Virus record (IMG/VR): IMGVR_UViG_3300010338_000575
DNA from: a virus
Taxonomy: Duplodnaviria; Caudoviricetes
Strand: one strand, 5' to 3'
DNA length: 64,000 bases
Below, in pieces: positions 28,642 to 39,355 of the stretch. Every line of letters begins with the position of its first letter. Positions within the stretch are counted from its first letter, which is position 1. Under the pieces are notes generated by a model, which was given only the letters and a program-made list of their open reading frames with translations, did not search any database and had not been told where the DNA came from. A program made the position numbers and the translations under genes.

Positions 28642-31600
28642 ATGGCAGTTGGTACGGCAGTTAGTACAAAAATTTCGTTAGACAACAATAAAGTTGTTCA
28701 AAGTTCTGGTAAAATTTTAACACTATCGGGAAATACATTAATCGCCAGTAGCGGTACGTTGAAATATCTAACAGATACGTCATCAACTTATGATGCACGT
28801 TCTGTTACAGATGCTGGTTTTGTGACTGGGTTAACTAGTGCAATTTCGAGTAATTTAAGTAGTAATTATTACACAAAAACAGTTATTAATAACTATACTG
28901 GTGCAACTGATACAAGAATTGGTGATATTGAAAGTGATGTTGCAATTTCATTAACAGGTGCATCTAATGGTTTAACCAAGGTTGGTAATCATGATGTTAA
29001 ATTAGGTGGTGTTATAACTGAAAGCACTATAATTACTGATAATAGGGGGACTCCTGTTGGTATTCAATATGGTGGTGATTATAGTGCAAATTATACACCT
29101 CGTAGTTTAGTTGATGCTGGATATGTTACTGGGTTAACTAGTGCAATTTCGAGTAATTTAAGTGGCAATTATTACACTAAAACAGTTATTAATAATTATA
29201 CTGGTGCTACTGATACGAGAATTAGTGATATTGAAAGCGATGTTGCAATTTCATTAACTGGTGCGTCTAATGGTTTAACCAAGGTTGGTGATCATGATGT
29301 TGAATTAGGTGGTGCATTAACAAAAAATACTAATATATGCGGTTCGTATCAGTATAATATTAACGTAAATACCATTAATTTGACAGGTATTACTAATGGT
29401 GTTAATTTAACGGGAGTTGTTACATTAAAAACACAACCATCAGGTTCAGGTGGTTTATTGTGTATCAATTCAACAACTGGTGAAATTTGTCAAACATCAC
29501 TATCAGCATTTGGTGGTGTGACTGGTGCAACAAATGGTTTGAGTGTTTGTAGTAATCAAAATATTGGATTTGGTGGTTCATTGTGTAATAATACTACAAT
29601 AACTGGTGACTATGATTTGTGTTTTGGTACGTCTGGTGATAAGTTAAATAAGTTTGAATTAAACACAAGTGATGATGTTGTTATTAATAGTGATGGTATT
29701 ATTAATATGGTGTTATCTGGTGGTACAATAACAACAAATGATTTAAGGGGATTAAGGTATACCAATGATTATTCAACAACATTTACTGATAATTCTTTGG
29801 TAACAAAGGCATATGTTGATGGAATTGCCGTTGGTTTAGATCCTAAATCTGCCGTTGTTGTTGCAACAACTACTGGTAATAATTTGGATTTAAGTGGTGT
29901 TGAAGTAATTGATGGTATTACCACTGATACTGGAATGAGAGTATTAGTGAAAAATCAAACAAACAAGGCAGAGAATGGTATTTATATTGCAAATAATAGT
30001 GGTGCTTGGACACGTGCAACTGATTTTGATGGTACACCAGAAGGTGAAGTAACACAAGGTGCATTAATACCTGTGTTAAGTGGTAATACTAATAAAAATA
30101 GTGTATGGATTTTAACAACGAACGATCCGATTACGATAGGAACTACTGAATTAAATTTTGGAAAATTTTCACAATTGCTTGATGTTACTGATGGCAACGG
30201 TATTGATATTTCTGTATTTGGTGAAACAAAACAAATTAGCGTTGAATTATCAAGCAATTCTGGATTAGCATTTAACGGTACTGGTTTAACTATTGATAGC
30301 AATATTGCAAGTAGTGGTTTAACTTGGAATGGTGGAAAACTTTTTGTAAATGCGATATCTGGTGGTACTGGTGATATTCCCGTTAGGATTGATGGTGTTA
30401 ATTATTTAACTATTAATCAGGATGATATTGATACTGTTTTTGGTGGTGTATTAACAAACGCATCAAATGGTTTAACAAAAACTGGTGATACAGTTATATT
30501 AGGTGGTACATTAATATCACCAACAACAATTATTGGTGATGATACAAATGGTTTGGTTTATCAAGATAATGCAATTACTAATAAAAGAGGTATTCAATAT
30601 GCTAATGATTATAGTTCAACATTTGTTAATCGTAGTTTAGTTGATAAGGGTTATGTTGATAATGTATTTTCATCTATAACAGCATCAAATGGTTTAACAA
30701 GAACTGGTGATACTATAGTATTGGGTGGTGTGTTAGATTATGATACTTGTGTTGATATAAATAATCACGCATTATTATTTAATGGTACTGGAAATACATA
30801 CCTATCGTTCACTTCAGATGAGTTTTATGCTGTGGTAAGTAATAATAGTTGTTCTACTGGTGTGGGGGCGTATAAAGACACATTTAGTGGAATTTATACA
30901 TTTAATGCATATGCAACTTCTGGAAATAGTACAATTGATATGCTTATAACTCCAACAGAATTATCATTATTCTTAACTGATACCAATCATAATAATGGTT
31001 TGTTTTTTAATACAACAACTGGTATTACAACCACATTTACAGGTCAATATATAATTAATGATAATGAATTACAATATGGTATTCAATATGGTGGTGATTA
31101 TAGTAGTACATTTGTTGAACGTAGTTTAGTTGATAGGGGTTATGTTGATAATGCAATTATTGCAAGTGCGGTAATTGCTGAAAATGGTTTAACAAAATCG
31201 GGTTATACAATAACTTTAGGTGGTGTTTTAAATCAAAATACGACAATTTCTGGTAATTCTTCATATTCATTAACAATTGATAAACCAAATGAGTTTAATG
31301 TTGTTTGCTCATCTACAATAGAAATGTCATCACCATCTATAATTTTTAGTAATTATTGTGATAATACTACTAATGGTTCTGTTGTTTGGTTAGATTATTG
31401 TGGTTTAACGTTAAGTCATGAAGGTTCTATTGATCCCTCTGGTAATACAACATCTTCAATATTTTTAGGACGTAATGATCTTGGTAATCGTGATATTGTT
31501 ATTTCATCTTCAAATGGTGGTATAACAATAGAAGCATCTAAATATTTAGATATTAATACATCTGGTGTTACAATACAAACAACACCTCAAACGTATTCAT

Positions 31601-32001
31601 TAACAAATCCAAATGTTCTTGTATGGGATAATAATGATAAATTAATAAAAATAACTTGTGGTGATGCTTTAGGTGATAAAAACAATAAATATGATGTTTG
31701 TGTTGTTAATTCAAACACAACACTCACTTTAACTGGTGATACATATGTTGTTATGGTTGACACGTCATCACAACCAATATCGCTTACATTAAGTAGTAAT
31801 GGTCTTGTTAGTGGTAGAACTGTTAAGATAAAAGATGGTAGTGGTAATGCTTTAAGTAATAATATTACAATAACATCACCAACACTATCATTTGATGGTG
31901 GTGATGATGCCGTTATTAATACAGATTTTGGTGCGTTGGAATTGATTTACACTGAAGGTGTTGGTGCGTGTGAATGGAAAGTATTGTCATTCTATAATTA
32001 A
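28642..32001 (+). CDS. Long fibre protein, paralogue of 26415
   Basis: Same RVLVKNQ..ENGIY..WTRATDFD domain and NGLTK/RSLVD repeats. Confidence 0.7.
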   Translation: MAVGTAVSTKISLDNNKVVQSSGKILTLSGNTLIASSGTLKYLTDTSSTYDARSVTDAGFVTGLTSAISSNLSSNYYTKTVINNYTGATDTRIGDIESDVAISLTGASNGLTKVGNHDVKLGGVITESTIITDNRGTPVGIQYGGDYSANYTPRSLVDAGYVTGLTSAISSNLSGNYYTKTVINNYTGATDTRISDIESDVAISLTGASNGLTKVGDHDVELGGALTKNTNICGSYQYNINVNTINLTGITNGVNLTGVVTLKTQPSGSGGLLCINSTTGEICQTSLSAFGGVTGATNGLSVCSNQNIGFGGSLCNNTTITGDYDLCFGTSGDKLNKFELNTSDDVVINSDGIINMVLSGGTITTNDLRGLRYTNDYSTTFTDNSLVTKAYVDGIAVGLDPKSAVVVATTTGNNLDLSGVEVIDGITTDTGMRVLVKNQTNKAENGIYIANNSGAWTRATDFDGTPEGEVTQGALIPVLSGNTNKNSVWILTTNDPITIGTTELNFGKFSQLLDVTDGNGIDISVFGETKQISVELSSNSGLAFNGTGLTIDSNIASSGLTWNGGKLFVNAISGGTGDIPVRIDGVNYLTINQDDIDTVFGGVLTNASNGLTKTGDTVILGGTLISPTTIIGDDTNGLVYQDNAITNKRGIQYANDYSSTFVNRSLVDKGYVDNVFSSITASNGLTRTGDTIVLGGVLDYDTCVDINNHALLFNGTGNTYLSFTSDEFYAVVSNNSCSTGVGAYKDTFSGIYTFNAYATSGNSTIDMLITPTELSLFLTDTNHNNGLFFNTTTGITTTFTGQYIINDNELQYGIQYGGDYSSTFVERSLVDRGYVDNAIIASAVIAENGLTKSGYTITLGGVLNQNTTISGNSSYSLTIDKPNEFNVVCSSTIEMSSPSIIFSNYCDNTTNGSVVWLDYCGLTLSHEGSIDPSGNTTSSIFLGRNDLGNRDIVISSSNGGITIEASKYLDINTSGVTIQTTPQTYSLTNPNVLVWDNNDKLIKITCGDALGDKNNKYDVCVVNSNTTLTLTGDTYVVMVDTSSQPISLTLSSNGLVSGRTVKIKDGSGNALSNNITITSPTLSFDGGDDAVINTDFGALELIYTEGVGACEWKVLSFYN
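28810..29313 (+). repeat. Intragenic direct repeat (about 200-nt units, 303-nt period)
   Basis: Near-identical DNA at about 28810-29010 and 29113-29313 encoding DAG.VTGLTSAISSNLS.NYYTKTV...LGG. Confidence 0.85.
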
Positions 32002-32029
32002 TGCTAATTATATAAATGTTATGGATATG

Positions 32030-32061
32030 AAAAATGGTGCTTGTTTAAGCACCATTTTTTT
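32030..32061 (+). terminator. Intrinsic terminator
   Basis: AAAAATGGTGCTT-GTTT-AAGCACCATTTTTTT. Confidence 0.8.
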
Positions 32062-32136
32062 ATTTGAAAAATTCAATATTTTATATAAAAATTCGTATTA
32101 ATTATAATAAATAATCGCAAAATTAAATAAAAAAAT

Positions 32137-33048
32137 ATGAATAATGATAAAACAATAAAACCTGACGATAAATTTGTTATATTTCATACTGAAGGTGGTC
32201 ATGGTAAGCAAGTTATGGCAACTGCTGTTTGTCGTGCTATTAAGAAGAAATATCCTGATAGAAAATTAATAGTTGTTACACCTTGGGATGGACCTTTTTT
32301 CTATAATCCGAATGTTTGGAGATTTTATACATTTGGTCAAATGCAGTATTTTTTTGATGATTATATTAAAGACGATACAATTATACTAAGACATGAAGTA
32401 TATCATACTGAGGATCATATATTACAAAGAAAACATTTGACACAATCGTGGTGTGATATGTATAATATACCTTGGGATGGATATAAACCAGAAATATATT
32501 TAAATCCACGAGAATTGGAAATTGCAAAAGATAAGATAAAACCAGATGGTAGACCAATAATGTTACTACAAACACATGGTGGTGCACCCAATTCACAATA
32601 TTCAAAAAAATCGTGGTTTAGGGATATGCCAATAGAAACTGCGCAAAAACTTGTAAATTATTTCAGTAAAACGTATAGAATTTTACATATTAAATCACCA
32701 GAACAACCAAATTTACAAGGTGTTGAGCCATTAACATTACCTCATAGAGAATTGTATGCTGTATTTCCTTTATCAACTAAAAGATTATTCATAGATAGTT
32801 TTTCACAACATGTTGCTGCTGCGTTAGGTTTGCAAAGTACTGTTTTATGGATTGGTAATAAACCAGAAATATTTGGATATCCTGAACATATAAATATATT
32901 ACCTAAAGCAAACTATGTTAGAGAATTTAATAAAATAAGTTATTTAGAACAATTTGATATTTCTGGACAAATACAACAATTTCCATTTGATAAATTAAAT
33001 GTATTTGATATTAATGAGATTATTGATGCTGTGAATAAACAGAAGTAA
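32137..33048 (+). CDS. GT9-like (heptosyltransferase-fold) glycosyltransferase
   Basis: GGHGKQVMATAVCRAIKKKYPD and IDSFSQHVAAALG..STVLW match GT9 N- and C-terminal motifs. Confidence 0.7.
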   Translation: MNNDKTIKPDDKFVIFHTEGGHGKQVMATAVCRAIKKKYPDRKLIVVTPWDGPFFYNPNVWRFYTFGQMQYFFDDYIKDDTIILRHEVYHTEDHILQRKHLTQSWCDMYNIPWDGYKPEIYLNPRELEIAKDKIKPDGRPIMLLQTHGGAPNSQYSKKSWFRDMPIETAQKLVNYFSKTYRILHIKSPEQPNLQGVEPLTLPHRELYAVFPLSTKRLFIDSFSQHVAAALGLQSTVLWIGNKPEIFGYPEHINILPKANYVREFNKISYLEQFDISGQIQQFPFDKLNVFDINEIIDAVNKQK

Positions 33049-33080
33049 CAAAACAAACCATTAGTTTTCTATTATTTATT

Positions 33081-33110
33081 ACCCGTCCTAATTTATAGGA
33101 TGGGTTTTTT
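33081..33110 (+). terminator. Intrinsic terminator
   Basis: ACCCGTCCTA-ATTTA-TAGGATGGGTTTTTT. Confidence 0.75.
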
Positions 33111-33153
33111 AATTATTATTATATTTTTAGTATTTATTAATAAATAAAAGAAT

Positions 33154-36100
33154 ATGTTGAGATTTGATAATAAACCAAATTTAAGTAATAAGCAGTTTGA
33201 ACAAAACATTAATGATTGTTTATTTTTAGGTGGTCATAACTGCATTTGTAGTGGTGGTACAATAAGTTCTGATACTGGGTATGGTATTTCGGGTGTTACT
33301 ATATTTAATACTGGTACACAATTAAATTCATTAGAGATTGGTTGTAACACACTTGCGAATAATGGTTCAATTGCTATTGGTGCAAATGCAATTGCATCTG
33401 GTATTTCAGATATTAGTTTGGGGTATAATACCACTTCAGAAAAAAATGGGAGTATTGCAATTGGTTCACAATCAAATGTTTATTGTGACTATTCAACAAT
33501 AATTGGTTATGATAATAAAATATATAGTAATTATAGTAATATTTTTGGTGGTTGTGGTAATATAATTTGTAGTGGTAGTTCTAATACAACAATTATTGGA
33601 TTAAATGATGTTGTTTTAGAGAATAACACGTATTCAAATTATGTTATTGTGCCTAATTTAGCGATTATAAATCAACCTAATGGTAATGGTGATGTTTTGT
33701 GTTATAATCAAAGTAGTGGTAAAATTGAAAGAACCAATGTGGTTAAGTGGAGTGGAAATACTGTTGGGGGTATTGGTGTTTATGTTAATGATGGGCTGAT
33801 TTACTCACAACCTAAATTAAAATATGATGCAAATGGATTACAGATTACAGGTAAAACATATATAAATGGATTATCGAATAGAACGTCAAATTATACATTA
33901 TACTATGATTCAACTAATAATGAAATTATTTATGGTCAAGTACCATCAGGTGGTGTTTGGTCAAATTTGAATAGCGGTTCAACTGTTGCTGGTTGTGGCA
34001 CAATAACACCATTAAATTATTACAATACTGTTTATGGTGTTTGTGCGTTATCAAATATAACAACTGGTGCGAGAAATGTTGCTATTGGTTATTGCGCTAG
34101 TAGATGGTTAACAACTGGTAGTGATAATATTATTATTGGTTATTGTGCAAATAGTGGTGTAACAACAAATTGTGGTGTAGTTTCGATTGGTAGTAAATCA
34201 ATTGGATTAGGAAATTCATCAATTGCTATTGGTTGTAATTCTAAGGCGACTTCTAATTGTTCAATTGCAATTGGTAATAATACGTTTGCGAATTTAGATA
34301 ATACAATATCAATTGGAACAAATACTGGTATATATAATTCAGGTATTTATCAAATTGCTATTGGTTATTGTGTTGGTAATTCAAATATTGGTCCATATCA
34401 AATTAGTATAGGTAATATTGCTGGATATGAAAATTCGGGTTCGACACAAACTGCAATTGGTTATTGTGCTGGTTATAGAAACTCAGGTTCGATACAAATT
34501 GCAATTGGTCAATATGCGGGTATAAATAATAGGGGGTCGTATCAAAACGTGATTGGTTCTTGTGCGGGTTTTAATAATTTATGTAATTATCAAATTGCGA
34601 TTGGTCATTATGCTGGTTTTCAAAATTCTGGTTCAACACAAATTGCGATTGGTGTACGTTCTGGTTGTAAGAATGTTGGTTTATCGCAAATAGCGATTGG
34701 TTGTGAAAGTGGTGGTAATAATATTGGAATCTATCAACATGCAATTGGTTATCGTGCTGGTTATAGAAATTCTGGTACAATACAAATTGCAATTGGTTCT
34801 AACGCTGGTGGTTGTAATATTGGTGATTACCAGATTGGTATTGGTTCTAATGCTGGATATAAAAATTCGGGATCAACACAAATTGCGATCGGATATGATG
34901 CAGGTTTTTGTAATGCGGGTATTAATGAAATTGCAATTGGTCAATATGCTGGTGTTTGTAATACTGGTAATTATACTGTTTTTATTGGTAAATGTGCTGG
35001 TTATCGGAACACTGAACATGGTAAATTTATTATTAAACAAAGTGATGCAAATAATAATCCATTGATTTGTGGTAATTTCATTAGTGGTGAAGTTACGATA
35101 CCATCATTGACTGGTGCGACATCAAGCGCATTGGGTGTTAATTCAAACGGTACTTTAATTAGAATATCATCAGGGGGTACTGGTGGTGGTGTTAGTTGGG
35201 TTGGAAATGTTGTTGGTGGTATTGGTACATATGTTGATGATACCACAATATGTTCACAACCGAATATTAAATATATATCAAATGAGTTACATATTACTGG
35301 TAAAACATTTATTAATGGATTAACTAATGCACAAACTAATAATGTTGTTTATTATGATATTAATACCAATGAATTAAAACAATCTAATTTAATTAATGGT
35401 AATAATGCTGCAACTTTATTTAACGATAATGGTGTGGTTGGTGTAACTAATTTATATTGGGATGATTCTGTTAGTGGTTTTACATGGGGGACTGGATATA
35501 CACCAACAAATAACGATATTTTTACTATTATAAAAGACCATGATTATCATGATACGGGTTATGATGGTTATATAACTTTTGGAACATGTTCATATGAAAT
35601 GTTAAATGGTACTAATTTAAGTATTGGATATTGTGCTGATTATAATTATGAGTGTATATTAGGGTATAATAAAATTAATTCGGAAATACCGTTATGTATT
35701 AACAGTGATGTTTTATTATTACCGAATTATCGTATAACAACAACAAATTATGCTAATTTTGTTAATAATGGAATAAGATCATCAATAGGTAGTGTTATTA
35801 ATGGTTTTGTATTTAATAATAATTTAGATTCGATAAGTAAGGAATATGTTACAAGATATGAATATATTAAATGTTTGGCAACAAGTGACGCATCACCGAA
35901 TGTTATTTGGAATATGGTATTATCTGGTAATAAATTTGCTAATCTATTGTATAATATTTGTGTAACAGGAATTGGTGCGGTTTCTGGTGATTCGGCAGCG
36001 TTTATACTAAATGGTCTTATTAAATATACTTGTTGTGGTGATTTAATAACCTTTGTTGGTACACCAACAAAAACAACATATAAAGATTCGTCAATGTCCG

Positions 36101-36231
36101 TTGCTGATGTTGATGTTTGTTTATTATCAGGACCTACGTCAAGAAGTGTTGGTTTGTATATTTGTGGTGTTTCGTCGAAAAATATTGTGTGGTCGGCTTT
36201 TGTTGATGCGTTAAAAACGGATTTATGTTAA
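33154..36231 (+). CDS. Fibre/adhesin with YadA-head-like beta-roll repeats
   Basis: Many 14-aa SIAIG repeats and 16-aa QIAIG..AG..NSG repeats. Confidence 0.7.
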   Translation: MLRFDNKPNLSNKQFEQNINDCLFLGGHNCICSGGTISSDTGYGISGVTIFNTGTQLNSLEIGCNTLANNGSIAIGANAIASGISDISLGYNTTSEKNGSIAIGSQSNVYCDYSTIIGYDNKIYSNYSNIFGGCGNIICSGSSNTTIIGLNDVVLENNTYSNYVIVPNLAIINQPNGNGDVLCYNQSSGKIERTNVVKWSGNTVGGIGVYVNDGLIYSQPKLKYDANGLQITGKTYINGLSNRTSNYTLYYDSTNNEIIYGQVPSGGVWSNLNSGSTVAGCGTITPLNYYNTVYGVCALSNITTGARNVAIGYCASRWLTTGSDNIIIGYCANSGVTTNCGVVSIGSKSIGLGNSSIAIGCNSKATSNCSIAIGNNTFANLDNTISIGTNTGIYNSGIYQIAIGYCVGNSNIGPYQISIGNIAGYENSGSTQTAIGYCAGYRNSGSIQIAIGQYAGINNRGSYQNVIGSCAGFNNLCNYQIAIGHYAGFQNSGSTQIAIGVRSGCKNVGLSQIAIGCESGGNNIGIYQHAIGYRAGYRNSGTIQIAIGSNAGGCNIGDYQIGIGSNAGYKNSGSTQIAIGYDAGFCNAGINEIAIGQYAGVCNTGNYTVFIGKCAGYRNTEHGKFIIKQSDANNNPLICGNFISGEVTIPSLTGATSSALGVNSNGTLIRISSGGTGGGVSWVGNVVGGIGTYVDDTTICSQPNIKYISNELHITGKTFINGLTNAQTNNVVYYDINTNELKQSNLINGNNAATLFNDNGVVGVTNLYWDDSVSGFTWGTGYTPTNNDIFTIIKDHDYHDTGYDGYITFGTCSYEMLNGTNLSIGYCADYNYECILGYNKINSEIPLCINSDVLLLPNYRITTTNYANFVNNGIRSSIGSVINGFVFNNNLDSISKEYVTRYEYIKCLATSDASPNVIWNMVLSGNKFANLLYNICVTGIGAVSGDSAAFILNGLIKYTCCGDLITFVGTPTKTTYKDSSMSVADVDVCLLSGPTSRSVGLYICGVSSKNIVWSAFVDALKTDLC

Positions 36232-36247
36232 TTAATATACTTTATTT

Positions 36248-36832
36248 ATGAGATTATCGATAATAACACCATGTAGTAGACCATATAATTTACCGACAAT
36301 ATATAAATCAATACTTGATTTGAAAACGGATAATGTTGAATGGATTGTTGTTTTTGATGGTGAAAGCGTCGATAAAAGAATATTGATGTATGAACAAAAC
36401 ATACCAATAAAATTATATAATAAAGTTCGTGAAATTGGTGATCCAATGGGTGGTATGCTAAGAAATATTGGTATAGAACACGCAGATGGTGATTATTTAT
36501 ATTATTTAGATGATGATAATATAATTCATCCTAAATTATATGATAGAATTTGTCGGTATATGGACTATAATTACAGTAAATTAATAATATTTAATCAATA
36601 TAGTAGTAAATTTACAAGAAGAATAAATACACTAAATATTAATTGTATTAGAAATGGTTATTTAGATACTGCACAATTTGTAGTGCCAAAAAAATGTAAA
36701 ACAAGATGGATAAAAAATGTAAAAAGATTTGAAGAAATACCTTATATATTAAATATTATTGATGAAATTGGTGTGGATAATGTTATTTGGGTTGATAGAT
36801 TATATACATATAGAAATTATTTAAGAAGATAA
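36248..36832 (+). CDS. GT2 glycosyltransferase
   Basis: LSIITPCSR, RNIGI..A.GDY.YYLDDD motifs. Confidence 0.85.
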   Translation: MRLSIITPCSRPYNLPTIYKSILDLKTDNVEWIVVFDGESVDKRILMYEQNIPIKLYNKVREIGDPMGGMLRNIGIEHADGDYLYYLDDDNIIHPKLYDRICRYMDYNYSKLIIFNQYSSKFTRRINTLNINCIRNGYLDTAQFVVPKKCKTRWIKNVKRFEEIPYILNIIDEIGVDNVIWVDRLYTYRNYLRR

Positions 36833-36894
36833 TTATAATAAATTTAATTATTATAATATTTTTTGTATTTATATTTGAATAAATACGGAATAAT

Positions 36895-37182
36895 ATGGCA
36901 TTACAAATGAATTATAACAATCAATCTCTTGGTATTGTAATATATAACGCATACTGGAGAATTAATCCACGTAGTGGTATTGTCGGTGGTAAGGATGAAA
37001 TAATGTGTCATATTGAGGTATTTAAGGATGTGAATTATGCACATATGAAAAATCCTAATCCAATTGATAGTTTTGTTTTTACATTTAAACCTGATTTATC
37101 AGAAAATGCCGATAATTTTATTGCACAAGCATATAATTATGCAAAAACATTACCAAAATTTGGTGGTTCTGTTGATGTTTAA
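36895..37182 (+). CDS. Small fibre-associated protein
   Basis: NFIAQAYNY.KTLP.F..S.DV C-terminus typical of small phage tail accessory proteins. Confidence 0.5.
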   Translation: MALQMNYNNQSLGIVIYNAYWRINPRSGIVGGKDEIMCHIEVFKDVNYAHMKNPNPIDSFVFTFKPDLSENADNFIAQAYNYAKTLPKFGGSVDV

Positions 37183-37218
37183 ATAAATAAAATAAAATAT
37201 AATTCAATATAATATACT

Positions 37219-38628
37219 ATGAGTTTAGATACTAAACCCAATTTAGATAAATCAAAATTTGAACAACTTGAAGGTGATATTCTTAATTTATCGGGTTGTA
37301 CTAATATATATGGTTGTTTAGATGTTAAAAAAAGTGGTGTTATTAATTCCAATAATGGTTATGATATTAGTGGTATAACGCAAATTAGATTAGGGGAAGA
37401 TATTACTGCAATTGCTATAGGTAGTGATGCTTATTCAAAATGTTGTAATTCAATTGCAATCGGTTATTGTAGTAGTGCAACAACACGTTGTGCAATATCA
37501 ATTGGTGCGTTATCACAAGTAATTAGTAGTAATTCAATTGCAATTGGTAATTCATCAATAGTATGTGGTCAACAAAGTGTTGCAATTGGTTCGTATTCGA
37601 AAACGTATAAATTAAGTAGTGTTGCAGTTGGTGATAGTTCGAGGTCAAATACGTTGCATGGTGTTTCTATAGGGGCTAATGCTGGTAGTTGTTACGATAA
37701 TTATTTTCAAACCGTTGTTGGTGGTTATGCTGGTAGAAATTCGATTACTTGTGATATTACTGCATTAGGATATCTTGCTGAATTATCTAGTAGTGGTAGT
37801 ACACATATTGGAATTGGTTCATTTGCAGGAGTAACGAGTTGTGGTTGTAGTACTATAATGATTGGTACTAGTGCTGGTTATAATAGTTGTGGAGATTTAA
37901 ATATATTTATTGGTCATGGTGTTGGGTGTGAAAATACTGATTCTGGTAAATTTATTTTAGGAAATTGTTATTATGAATTGGGATGCTATGTGTTGATTTG
38001 TGGAGATTTTTTTACTGGTAATGTTACAATACCAAAATTATCTGGTCTCACATCAAGTGCAGTTGGTGTTGATTGCAATGGTACACTTATGAGAATATCT
38101 CAGCCAAGTGGTGGTACAATAAGTGGTGATGTAAATATAAGTGGTGTTACTAAATTAGGTGATGTAACACCAGATATAAATCAACAAAATTTTGTTGTTA
38201 TTGATAATAATACAAAAAAAATAGCAAATAGTGGTTTAAAATATCATGTATATGGTAGTGAATTTCATTATGCACAAGATTTGACGACGACAACAACAAC
38301 CTTAGTTTTTCCTGATTTTGATGATAAATTAACATTAGTTACATCAATATTACCAATCGGTACTTATAGAATTATGGTTAGTTATGGTATGAATAAGAAG
38401 ACAAACACATCTGATTTAATAAGTAGAGTGTTAGTTGATGGAAATGTTTTGGGTGATATTCATAATTTCGAATTATCTGACTCAACTACTTGGAGTTATA
38501 GTACTAGAATGATGTTTATTACATTTAGTACTGAAACAACACATACGATAAATTTACAATTTTCACAAGAAAATAAAGGTACTTTATATATAAGAGATGC
38601 ATCATTAGAATTAATAAGAGTATTATAA
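37219..38628 (+). CDS. Fibre/adhesin with SIAIG repeats
   Basis: Paralogue of 33154 (KPNL N-terminus, ICG.F..G.VTIP.L.G.TSSA.GV block). Confidence 0.7.
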   Translation: MSLDTKPNLDKSKFEQLEGDILNLSGCTNIYGCLDVKKSGVINSNNGYDISGITQIRLGEDITAIAIGSDAYSKCCNSIAIGYCSSATTRCAISIGALSQVISSNSIAIGNSSIVCGQQSVAIGSYSKTYKLSSVAVGDSSRSNTLHGVSIGANAGSCYDNYFQTVVGGYAGRNSITCDITALGYLAELSSSGSTHIGIGSFAGVTSCGCSTIMIGTSAGYNSCGDLNIFIGHGVGCENTDSGKFILGNCYYELGCYVLICGDFFTGNVTIPKLSGLTSSAVGVDCNGTLMRISQPSGGTISGDVNISGVTKLGDVTPDINQQNFVVIDNNTKKIANSGLKYHVYGSEFHYAQDLTTTTTTLVFPDFDDKLTLVTSILPIGTYRIMVSYGMNKKTNTSDLISRVLVDGNVLGDIHNFELSDSTTWSYSTRMMFITFSTETTHTINLQFSQENKGTLYIRDASLELIRVL

Positions 38629-38629
38629 T

Positions 38630-39331
38630 ATGAAAAAATATTTATTGGCATATCAAATCAATAATCAAATTGTTGGTGTTGATATAACATCATGGGATGT
38701 GCAACAATTAAATGGAAATAAACCATTTATTATTGTTTATGATAATAATTTAATACCAAATAATTATGTTGATATCAGTTCTATAATAACATGGGATATG
38801 TTTGGACAAGATGTTTCTAATGATTATTTAGTATATCGAGATTCGATTAAAGAAATTGTATTTGAAAAAACTTGGGAAAATTTAACAGATATTGAAAAAG
38901 ATATTGCAATTAAATACAATGCCATAATTGATTCATCTGACGCAATAACATTTTTAATGAATAGTAAACAATTAACAATTGATCAAGCACAATTATTTTT
39001 AATACAGTCGTGGCATAAGCATCATGGATTTGTTGTTGAATCATGCGTAAAAAGATGGTATTATGTTAAATTAATCGTACCAATGTTTTTATCATTTGAA
39101 GATGCTGAAGATTTATTAAATACAGTAGAACCGTTGGTATTTTCTTTGGTATATATGGGTAGGCAAGGTATTAATTATGGTGATAAAAAAGAAGGTGTAA
39201 TGGATTTTATAGAATCAACAAATTCATTTATGGGTCGTGGTTTAAGAGAGAGTGGATATACATTATTACAAGGTACGTGGGATGATTTTATTATAGAACT
39301 GAAAAAAGTATTAGTTGATGGTATTTATTAA
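38630..39331 (+). CDS. Hypothetical protein
   Basis: 233-aa ORF translationally coupled to the fibre gene. Confidence 0.55.
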   Translation: MKKYLLAYQINNQIVGVDITSWDVQQLNGNKPFIIVYDNNLIPNNYVDISSIITWDMFGQDVSNDYLVYRDSIKEIVFEKTWENLTDIEKDIAIKYNAIIDSSDAITFLMNSKQLTIDQAQLFLIQSWHKHHGFVVESCVKRWYYVKLIVPMFLSFEDAEDLLNTVEPLVFSLVYMGRQGINYGDKKEGVMDFIESTNSFMGRGLRESGYTLLQGTWDDFIIELKKVLVDGIY

Positions 39332-39355
39332 AAATAAAATAATGAAGAATATATT

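Noticed and set aside
34300-35010. 48-nt periodic repeats as a second array or DGR region
   Set aside because: They are coding 16-aa beta-roll repeats with synonymous variation; no reverse transcriptase or adenine-specific template/variable pair seen.
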